From: Laetmonice hystrix
Taxonomy: Eukaryota
Direction: 5' to 3'
Length of the DNA: 64,000 nucleotides
NCBI GenBank assembly: GCA_965235115.1
Contig: OZ249441.1
Coordinates: 7,130,001 to 7,194,000 of the forward strand
The notes beneath the pieces were generated by a model, which saw only the letters and a list, made by a program, of their open reading frames with translations, was not told the origin of the DNA and did no database searches. The position numbers were made by a program, and so were the translations under genes. Position 1 is the stretch's first letter; each line of letters starts with the position of its first letter. Below are positions 26,629 to 38,600 of the stretch, piece by piece.

Positions 26629-29600
26629 ATCTCTCTGTCTCTGCCTCAGTATCTCTGTCTGCTTCTGTCTATCCCTATCTCTCTATCTGTATTAAATCTT
26701 CACATCCCACACAGTTGATATTTTCCCGAGCTATGAGACTGTTAGGTCGACATTAACGCCTGAACTTGATCGCTACCAGAGTTTCATCGCCAAGTTCAAG
26801 ACGGCCGAGACCACAGCGGCCGCCAAGAAAGCCAAACTTCGCAGCGTTCTCTCTCCACTTCTCTACGAGACGTTTGACCCATTCGACCAGAGCAAGTATG
26901 TATAGACGGGCCTTCCCTGCTTCACTCTGGTTGTAAACGGGCTCTGCCTACCTCCCTCACCCTGGATGTAAACTGGCTCTGCTTACCTCCCTCACCCTGG
27001 GTGTAAACGGGCGCTCCCTACCTCCCTCACCCTGGGTGTAAACTGGCTCTGCTTACCTCCCTAACCCTGGGTATAAACAGGCGCTCCCTACCTCCCTCAC
27101 CCTGGGTGTAAACGGGCGCTCCCTACCTCCCTCACCCTGGGTGTAAACGGGCTCTGCTTACCTCCCTAACCCTGGGTGTAAACGGGCGCTCCCTACCTCC
27201 CTCACCCTGGGTGTAAACGGGCGCTCCCTACCTCCCTCACCCTGGGTGTAAACGGCCGCTCCCTACCTCCCTCACCCTGGGTGTAAACGGCCGCTCCCTA
27301 CCTCCCTCACCCTGGGTGTAAACGGCCGCTCCCTACCTCCCTCACCCTGGGTGTAAACTGGCTCTGCCTACCGCCCTCACCCTGGGTGTAAACGGGCGCT
27401 CCCTACCTCCCTCACCCTGGGTGTAAACGGGCGCTCCCTACCTCCCTCACCCTGGGTGTAAACGGGCTTTGCCTACCTCCCTCACCCTGGGTGTAAACGG
27501 GCGCTCCCTACCTCCCTCACCCTGGGTGTAAACGGGCGCTCCCTACCTCCCTCACCCTGGGTGTAAACGGGCGCTCCCTACCTCCCTCACCCTGGGTGTA
27601 AACGGGCTTTGCCTACCTCCCTCACCCTGGGTGTAAACGGGCTCTGCCTACCTCCCTCACCCTGGGTGTAAACGGGCTCTGCCTACCTCCCTCACCCTGG
27701 GTGTAAACGGGCGCTCCCTACCTCCCTCACCCTGGGTGTAAACGGGCACTCCCTACCTCCGTCACCCTGGGTGTAAACGGGCGCTCCCTACCTCCCTCAC
27801 CCTGGGTGTAAACGGGCGCTCCCTACCTCCCTCACCCTGGGTGTAAACGGGCGCTCCCTACCTCCCTCACCCTGGGTGTAAACGGGCCTTGCCTACCTCC
27901 CTCACCCTGGGTGTAAACGGGCTCTGCCTACCTCCCTCACCCTGGGTGTAAACGGGCTCTGCCTACCTCCCTCACCCTGGGTGTAAACGGCCGCTCCCTA
28001 CCTCCCTCACCCTGGGTGTAAACGGCCGCTCCCTACCTCCCTCACCCTGGGTGTAAACGGCCGCTCCCTACCTCCCTCACCCTCGAGACGGGCGCTCCAT
28101 TCCCTATGCTCGGCTTCCTTTATTTTTACACCAACCTTTCCTGGTGAATTAATCATTCCCACCCTCTCACAACAATCCTCAAATAAAACTCCATAGATTC
28201 TTCCTCCGACACCTCGGAAAAAAGATCGGAACAGTTTTTCCTTCCTGCGTTCTTACCTGAGATGAGATACACGACCCATTTAAAAACTAGTCTGGGATTT
28301 CTTACAACCTTGCACTGAATATCTACCAGATAACTACACCAAAGTGCTTGAGTAAAGTTACAATACTAATAGCTTAATCTCATATACATTTTTAGGGCAT
28401 ACTGAGTTTTAAATGATGATATAATAATGGTCGGTGTTATCTTTAGTTATCTCTGCATTTGTTATAGATCCTCAAATATTATTAGGCCTAAATCCATGTC
28501 TCCCTAGTGCGTATTGTGTAGTGCGTAATCAAAACAGTGAATATACGCATTACGCACCACGCACACTGGGAGTCACTCCAACTTGTTTTCATTGACTTTG
28601 ATGAATACACATTACGCAGTGCGCATTACGCATCACGCCCACACTACGTACACATGGATTTCCAGCTCATCTGTTATCTATCGTCGACACCTTATTTCTG
28701 CACCTGTACCGTATTGACGCACTTTTAGGCGCATGCACCTATAAGTGAGCATGCGCCTATACCTGGGCACTTTCTAATTTCAATCGTGAAAACCAATATT
28801 CACATAATTTCCCGCGTTAAATCTAATTTTCAATTGTGTTTGCAGTTGTGTTACCGTATAGGCCTGAGAACATGAATGGACGTAGCCTGGGCCCATGTTT
28901 TTCACTCGGGCTGTCGGTGGCAGTATTGCACTCTACCATTAGATCTAGGGGTGTGCATGTGCGCCTATTTCAGAATATTGGGGTGCGCCTGTGTGTGAAT
29001 ATAGGGGGTGTGCTTATACCCGGATATAGGCGCATGCGCCTATATCTGACGATTTTTGATATTGAAATTTTCTCCCAAAAAAACGCAAAAATCCGCTTAT
29101 AGGCGCACGCGCCTAAAAGTGCGTCAATATATATTATAGTGCTAAATAAACATACGTGTCTGATCATTTCGGGGCATCGTGTGCTCTTTTACACAACCGC
29201 ATTTACCCGTAGCGGCCCCCTTCATGTAGGCGAACAATGGTGCTCAAGTACAACCCGTGCAGCGCACGGGTGTTAGCTATAGCTAGTCGACAGATACATG
29301 TGTACATGTATATTTGGGGCGGGAGAAGTACATGGCAGTTCGTTGATGCCAATTGGTAGGTTGACCTTAGATATCTGGAATAAGGGCACTGTTCTTTGGA
29401 GAACACGTTTAAATAGTTACATATCCGAGGGTTTGCAGCAGACCTTTCAAATTATGAAACAGTCCACCATAATAAAATATGACGATGACAAAGAGCGAAG
29501 TACGTGTCTACCACTTGTTGTGGTCGTGACGCACTCGGCTGGTGCGGCACGTTATGTTACATGAGCGTGTGCCACAGGGGTACATCCCCCGTGGTAACTT

Positions 29601-32600
29601 AACCCCCACTAAATCATAGCCCTGACCTTATCCCTAATCCCGGTCCATACATCTCCCAAAAACATATCCCTATTCTATCCTTATCCCTAACCCATGCCAA
29701 AAGAACTTGTGGGGAAGTTGTACACTGACAGGTCAACACTCCAAGGACTTGTCACCTTTCACTAATCTTCGTGAAGTGCAAGTTGTTCTAGCTCGAGGGG
29801 GATTCGAACCCAAACGTGACAGACCCTGTTGGTCAACAGCCATAAGCTTTACCAATGCGCCACAGAGACTAGCCCACCACTACCCAGCGTGGATGGCAGT
29901 ATTGTGACGGTAAGCAAACACCGTCCAACGACAGACCGACCAGCCTCACCATATACCTCTCAAGTACTGCACAGTGTATCAAAACCAGGTGTGAAAGGAA
30001 TGGAGCTCTGTCGAACCTAGATTCCCTGGTCAAGTCCTAGGTAATCAACTTTGTGGTATAAGACAATATAATTAAGAAAATACAAATGGATTGAGATTAA
30101 GGTTAGGATTAGGGATAGGATTCTGAAGAAATATTTCCTAAAAAAACGCAAAAATCCGCTTATATGTGCACGCGCCTAAAAGTGCGTCTACACGGTATAC
30201 GTATATTTATAGTGCGAAATAAACACATGCGTGGGTGCGCCAATATTCACATACAGGCGCATGTGGGTCAGTTTCTGATTTCCCGCGTTAAATCTGTTAT
30301 TCAGATATAGGCGCACCCACGTACGTGATTATATTGTGCAGTTGTGTTACCGTAGGCCTGAGAATATGAATGGACGTAGCCTGGGCCCATGTTTTTTCAC
30401 TCGAAGGACTGTCGGTGGCAGTATTGCACTCTACCATTAGGGTGCATGTGCGCCGGCCTAAATGAAGCCAGCCACCCTTTGCGAGCAGTATTTGTTTTTT
30501 TTCTTTTAATTATTTTCAATTTATTTTAGGATAGCACAGGTCTCAGCTTCAGGGTAACCACTTCCCCCCCCCCCCCCATGTCCTATGTGCATTTTCATGC
30601 CTTTGCCAAATATAGGCTAACCCCTTTCCGACTTCGTCCCGGTAGCCCCCCCCCCCCCTCCCCAAGCGAAAATCCTGGATCCTGGATCATTGGCTGTTCA
30701 AGTCAATGCCAGGTCAACAACCAGCCATTAACCGTTCGTTTCATGGCGACAACAGGCAACTGTAATACATGTTGTATTAAATTTCATTAGATTTCTCCAC
30801 TTCTGTGGGTAAACAATTATTATTGCATTTTGGAGTCATTGAAATGAGAGATACTCTGACTCCTTTAAAGGTTATTTTCTGTTTTATGATAGTTATTGTA
30901 GTTTCTTATCGTACGTTGCCATGGTAACCGTTATTTTTTCAGGAAAGGACTCAAACAACAGAAGAAGGCCCTGAAGGAGCTCAAGGCTATGTTTGACTTC
31001 ACGTCGTATTTCGACTCGGAGCAAATAACGTCGATTTTGATGGTACGTTGGTGTCTATTATTGTGACGTCACAGAATACTGTTGTGATGACGTTTGTTGG
31101 CGTTCGTTCTCACACCCCGCTGGGGGCACAGGGCGATGGAGGGCAGGGAATCTGCCAGTCTACCACAGGAATAGACTCTCACCATTAACCCAAACAGTAA
31201 AAAAATGGAAGCTAAATATTTGTTATGTTTTCGCCATCGTGTGATCGTAATGTTAGACATCCGGACGGTTCACGAAGCTGACCCTGGAGATAATGAACGC
31301 ACGTGTTTCTATCGTTATACTTGAGTTTCTGGAGTCCAGCGAAAACTACCTCCATACATACTTCATTACCTCAACAGTAAGGCAACGCGAGATTTGGCGG
31401 TAATCTTCAGGCTCCCGGATGTAGGCCTACAGTTGCTTCTCGAGTGTGTCTTTATAGTATCTCAAGCAGTCTGGCTTGAAAGAAGGAAAAACTTTCTATT
31501 TCATTCATCGCTATGTCTATGCAGCAGAAAACATCGGTGATAAAAGCCAAGTACTTGAGTTGATATTATGTCGTTATATATTCATAGGATCTGTCAAACT
31601 ACAAGTATGATAAGATGGTCAACAAGGCTCTGGCCCTGCTGAATAAATACTACTCGTCCAAGACGAAACTCTTCAAGATGGCCGTTCAGGCAATGGTAGG
31701 GCACTCCAGCATCAAATTAAGAAAAATTGTCTGTTTCAGGACCTCATGTCCATACTTATAATACGTTATCTAATGCGTATAAGTAATGAAATTAAGAGAT
31801 GAACACCATTTTGTCTGTTATTTGATTACGCAGATTAAAAACAAATTATATATATGCGTAAATGCGATCAGTAAATTTGCTAATGATTTGTGATGACAAG
31901 GAAAGGAGAAGGAAAGCAGGCCGCTTTCATCCTGAATCTGAGGTCCCGGGGAGCGTTGTGGTTCCAGATTTCACCACTAGGGGACTATTTTCTGTTTCAG
32001 GTCCTGATCACAACGGACTCGTGTCACGTGCACCGAGAAATCGCGAGAACGATGCCAATCTTACGGCGGTACACGAACGCTAAGCTAAACGACGACCAGG
32101 TCCGAACTATAGGCGGGGTCCTCGATCGATACACCGAGTAAGTCTTCTCGGGCTACTGCCTTTATTTAAAACCAAACTCTAACAATACCCTTGACGATCT
32201 TAAACGGTGGCTTGGTGGCTTTAATTCATTAATTGTTATTAAATAGTTAATATACAATCCCGACCTGATCTTGCCTTTCAAAACCTAAGATCTTGCTTCA
32301 GCTTCCAGCTTCTGATTGGCTAGTCTGCCTCAGCCAGCCAATCTGGAGCGTTAAGCTTTTTTAAAAAGAGCTTAAGTATTCTAAAGCCGAGCTTTCTGTC
32401 CAAGACCTCGCTCAGTTTACCTCAGTCCTGCTGGTCCATGACTGAAATCTCTGACAATATTGGGCTCGTTCACGGACGATCATGGTACAGGAATGGTAAT
32501 GACATTACTGGCAGACTCCTTCCGTCCCGTTGCACGCGATCTCCAGGGTCGGACAGACTCTGAATGGATCGGTAACCACGCCGAAATGGACTAAAAATTA

Positions 32601-35600
32601 AACTCACTAATCTGTCTGTGAATGGAACCATTAACCTGCATTCGACATTTACCTACATTTACCTACAATCGTTCAGATACATTTCTATACAGTACCAACT
32701 GTAGCGTGTTGATATCGACCTCAATGTTTGAGTACCAACAATACACTCGGGTTAGGTTGTATGACCCGCTAACACCCCATACATGCTACATGTTATACAT
32801 GTTTGGTCGGTCCTAAATACGATCTTTGTCTGGGGTACAATACGATCCCGTCACGTGACGTCATCAGCCTATATTTGGCATAGTGGCACGTTGATAAGAT
32901 TAGTCCCTATCTATAGAGGCATAACCTCTATAGTTTCCCTAAGTTGTGGGTTGGGGGTTAGTGTTTCTGGGTAGAGCTAGGGATACTTATTGTGAAGGTT
33001 TTGGCGCTGGGACCAGCGGCTACGATTAGGTTTGGGCTGAGAATAGTAATATATTGCTATTTTCTATCTCACAACTTTCGTGGACTTGTTTCCATGATGG
33101 ATACCAACACTAAGGTAGACAACCTGCCCCGTTTGACGACAGATGGCGCTGCAGTAGTGGCTCCGAAAGGTTTCCCCAATGTTGATGGTATCGGTACATG
33201 TAACTCTGGGTTGTTGTGTGTGGTTGTAGGTTCTGTCATCTACCCAAGGAGGAACACGAACGGCACCCAATGAACCAAAACATCCTCATCAACCATGGTA
33301 ACGACCTTCAGCTCTCTACATGACCTTGGCCTAACACAGCCGTCAATGGCAGTCCTACGTGTACATGTGATAATAATATATGCCAGCATGAGGACAGATT
33401 AATAAAGTTATTGATACAGACTGACTGTGACCATCATACCATCAGGTGGTCAATACGCCTGGCTATACCTGTTGTTGTGAACCCATGAATTCTGCACGAT
33501 AACTACTCTCATCAAAATATCTAACAGAGGGCCATGTTTTAATTTTGTTCAATGTTTCTTTCAGAGGTCCTCACGTTGGTGTTTGACATTTTGTCTCAAG
33601 AAATAGATGCCAAACTCACGGTACGTTAAGGTTTTTACCCATTGGCTAATCACAAGCGCACATTAAGTGTCCGCCGTTTTGATATTAAATGCGCCACCTT
33701 GTAGTGTTTGAGTTATAATTGCGGGCCGCGGGCGAACCTTACCGTATTTTTACAGTACTTTGCCGTATTTTTACGGTATCTTACCGTGTTTTTACAGGAA
33801 CAATACCGAGGGATTGAGGAGATCCTCAAGAAGTCTCTCAAACTATTGCGTGCCCTCGCCAGGGGAAACGACCTGGTGCAAATGCGCATGTTTGAGCGGC
33901 TTGACACCCTTCTCAAAATCAAAGTCGTCGAGTCGGACCTCTCCATCGCCTTGAAGGAGGTTTGTGGTTCGTTTTTAACGGATAAGATTTACATCGTGTG
34001 ATACCGAGGCATAGGCGTGTACTGTACAACAATAAAATCACACCAGGTGATATGAGGCATAGGCGTGTACTGTACAACAATAAAATCACACCAGGTGATA
34101 CTGAGGCATAGGTGTGTACTGTACAACAATAAAATCACACCAGGTGATACTGAGGCATAGGTGTGTACTGTAAAACAATAAAATCACACCAGGTGATACT
34201 GAGGCATAGGCGTGTACTGTACAACAATAACATCACACCAGGTGATACTGAGGCATAGGTGTGTACTGTACAACAATAAAATCACACCAGGTGATACTGA
34301 GGCATAGGTGTGTACTGTACAACAATAAACTCACACCAGGTGATACTGAGGCATAGGCGTGTACTGTACAACAATAACATCACACCAGGTGATACTACAG
34401 CGTAAACAATGTACTGTACAACGTTAAAATCATGACATTACGTTGTATGTATCTCAGCATTTTTTGTACAGCCAACACGATTGAACACGAATCCAAAGAC
34501 ATATTGAACTTTCTGGATTAACGTACGTAAAGGTGTAAAGGCGTCTGTTGAATGTTTTATTTTGGGATGGTTGCAGACGTTTATAGGTAATCAAGTGACG
34601 TGCCTCAAGGTTTTACCGCAGCAGATTCAAACCATCGTGAACCTGGCGGCCGAACATCAGGAGAAAGCACCCGAGTTTCTTGACCTTCTCAACACGATCG
34701 TCAAGGTTGAAGGTCTGGGGCTGACGCTCAAACGTAACCAGGCCTACGTCATGAAGTACATCATGCAAGACTACAACAAACTGGCCTACGTCCTTGACCA
34801 GCCACGGGAATTCAGGTACGTCATGACGTCACGTTACCATGGTAACGCGACCACATGATGCCACCAGTCACGGGAGACAGTGATGTGGGAGTTACAGCGG
34901 AACTGTAGTGGATTTACTTTATATGGAACGCCCAGTATATATTATAAATATACACGATAAACTGTTTTATGTTTACAGGGAGAAAATACTCACTTTGCAA
35001 CTTGGCACAAGTCACCTCAAGTACCTCATCAACTTGATCGGACTTCTGGCTACATGCGCGGAGGTAGGTGTTCGCACGTCAGGCTGTCATGGAATGAGAA
35101 TTGCTGAAATATTTAATGATTTATTCTCATGAGTGTACAACTTGAATATGGTCGCATGAAGTGAGGTATTTTAAGGATGCAGTATGACTATACATTGGTG
35201 GTTTCAGGGAGAGAATCGTTTTATCGAGTCCATGTGTCAGACAATCATGTCAGTGGACGAACTGATGTGGATCATGAATCACCCGGATGTGGACCCCAAC
35301 CTGAAGAAACCATTCATGCATTACTTCCTGTGGGTCTACATGAAGACGGCCGGAAGTGCCGTGGAGAGTGGCGCAGGTGATCTGCCTCACGACGGGTAGG
35401 TCTCATACTCTCTGCTGGAAGGGTGCTCCTGCTCCTGCTCCTGGTGGCGGCTATAGTAAATTTAACATCTGTTCCTGGTGGCGGTTATAGTCTATTAACA
35501 GCTGTTCCTGGTGGTGTTTTGCAGCAACTTGTGGAAGTACTTGCAGCAAGTGGCCAAGGACGCCATGGAGCTGACAGAGTACGTGTCCAAGAACCAGGAG

Positions 35601-38600
35601 ACTGCCACCAATCTGCTCAAGTCTCCCCCAGACAAGGTGTAAGTACGCCACCACCCTCCCCAGACAAGGTGTAAGTACGCCACCACCCTCCCCAGACAAG
35701 GTGTAAGTACGCCACCGCCCTCCCCAGACAAGGTGTAAGTACGCCACCGCCCTCCCCAGACAAGGTGTAAGTACGCCACCACCACCGTCCCCAGACAAGG
35801 TGTAAGTACGCCACCGCCCTCCCCAGACAAGGTGTAAGTACGCCACCACCCTCCCCAGACAAGGTGTAAGTACGCCACCGCCCTCCTCAGACAAGGTGTA
35901 AGTACGCCACCGCCCTCCCCAGACAAGGTGTAAGTACGCCACCACCCTCCCCAGACAAGGTGTAAGTACGCCACTGCCCTCCCCAGACAAGGTGTAAGTA
36001 CGCCACCACCCTCCCCAGACAAGGTGTAAGTACGCCACTGCCCTCCCCAGACAAGGTGTAAGTACGCCACCACCCTCCCCAGACAAGGTGTAAGTACGCC
36101 ACTGCCCTCCCCAGACAAGGTGTAAGTACGCCACCACCCTCCCCAGACAAGGTGTAAGTACGCCACTGCCCTCCCCAGACAAGGTGTAAGTACGCCACCA
36201 CCCTCCCCAGACAAGGTGTAAGTACACCTCCGGCCTTTATCTTTTGGGTGGGAGGGGAGGAGGGATGTAAAACCTTGGTAGTTTCAAAAGTATTTTCTAA
36301 CTGTAATAAAGCTGGTAAGGTATCAGCCTGTATTTCTACGTTTTTGACACACATACACCTTGGGCATATTTTAGTGACGTGGCCGATCCCAACGACATTG
36401 AAAGTGTCGCCCATTGCACCCTGCATTATTTCTTCGACGCTGTGATGCCCATTCTACAGGTAAAATATGTTATATTGATGTATAATGTTATTGTTTAGAG
36501 GTCGAAAAGAGGAGAGAATAAATAGAAAATCTGCATGGATAAGACTTTGACCTTCTAAAAGAATATACAAGACTTGAAGTGAATCTTAACTTTGTAAATT
36601 ATCTTTGTTTTTCATACAATAATGTCATCCTGCTAACAGTACGTGGTGGTGTGTTTTTTTACCTACAGGCCTTTTACACAAAATTCTACATTCCGGAAAA
36701 AGACTTGTACCCAGCGGAGGTAGAGAATACGGACAAACTGTCGAGAGCACTGGTTGTGAGTTTACCTGAGTATCTAGTAAATACAAGACGGCGTTAGGCT
36801 GTCTGGAAACTACTGATATAGATAACTAAGTCATTGTCAGGGACATAAAGTATTCAGCCTTCAGTTAACCAGTTTTATTGATGTTATTCCTAGAGAACGC
36901 CTAAAGATGTGGAAACTTTTTACCACAGGTGTAATTGGTATTGATGTAGTAAAAAACATGATGTAGAAATTGTTCATCTGTCTTCCAAGATTGACTGATG
37001 TGGTACATGTTTTATCCGCCAGGGGTTCTGCGAGGCTGTGATCCCGCTATTGTCACGCCCCAGTCACCTGAAAGGGATTATTTCCTGCATTACGGCACTC
37101 ATTCCGGCCTCTACCGTACCCAACAGTGTGAGTATACAACACCCCCTCTACCGTACCCAACAGTGTGAGTATACAACCCCCCCCCCCCCTCTACCGTACC
37201 CAACAGTGTGAGTATACAACACCCCCTCTACCGTACCCAACAGTGTGAGTATACAACCCCCCTCTACCGTACCCAACAGTGTGAGTATACAACACCCCCC
37301 TCTACCGTACCCAACAGTGTGAGTATACAACCCCCCTCTACCGTACCCAACAGTGTGAGTATACAACACCCCCTCTACCGTACCCAACAGTGTGAGTATA
37401 CAACACCCCCCTCTACCGTACCCAACAGTGTGAGTATACAACACCCCCGCCCCTGTCGGTCTACCACTGCTACTCTACCCTCTACTCAGCTTATTGTATC
37501 AATGTTTTATACCCGTCTCATGGGTTTACTCAAAGGTAAACAGACCCCGGATGCCGGGGGTACTCGATCGCAGACGTTGATTTATTTTCTTCATGTTTTC
37601 TTACTGTTCTAACAGGTTATGGAGGGACTTATCGAGCAACTTCGGAACTCCAACCGACTCCGGGAAAGTAGGCACCACATAGCCAAGGTGAGGCGTTTTG
37701 GGGTAAAATCTTTGAAATCATGTGATAGTGCAGGGGTGGCGTGAAGAAGGGGGGGGGGGGGTAAGTCCCCCTACAGGTTGTATGGTGGGGGCGGTCCTCC
37801 CGGCTGTGAGGATATCCCGACCCTCTGGTGTAGGGATGGGTTCTATCCCTGACAGTGGCGCCCCCTTGTGGCACTGACGGGTCTCCAATCCTGATTATAT
37901 TCCACTGTGGTAAAATTCCCACTAAATCGAGTGTAAAGATCAGTAAATTAAAGTCTGAGGCCCGGGAGTTGGTGTCAGCTTATATGTCACCTTTCCCCTT
38001 GTTATCCCAGGGACATAAGGAATATTACCTGGCGGAGCTGGAGCTAAACGCTAAACTACGGACGTTCGCCGTGAACTGCTCACTGTTATACGGTGGCCAC
38101 AACACGGTACAGGCTCAACTCAAGGCCAAGTCAAAACGAGGTGAGTTTAGACCGTTGACACACCGACGCTCCAATGCGCTTCAAATCGAGTTAAATCGCA
38201 TTGATACGGTTCGTGACACACACAACACGGTTCCTAATGCGCATTGAATCGCATTGAACCCAAACCACATCCAAATGTGAATTCAATGCGAATCGAAGCG
38301 CATTGAAAAAAACCGTTTTTGGTGTGTCAACAGCTCTCGTGGACGGGTAAGATGAAATTAGTGGGCCTGTGTCTGTTATAAAGGTTACGGTAGTTTCTCT
38401 CAGGTTTTTGCTCTGTTCAAAACTGTTCCTAGTTTACCGTCAAAGGTTTTGTTCATTCAGAGTCCCGTTTCCAGTTTACTGTAATGGTGTGTGTCCGTTC
38501 AGAGTACCGTTCCCAGTTTACTGTAATGTTTTTTGTCCATCCAGAGTTCTGTTCCCACTTTACCGTAATGGTTTTTGTCCGTTCAGAGTTCCGTTCCCTG

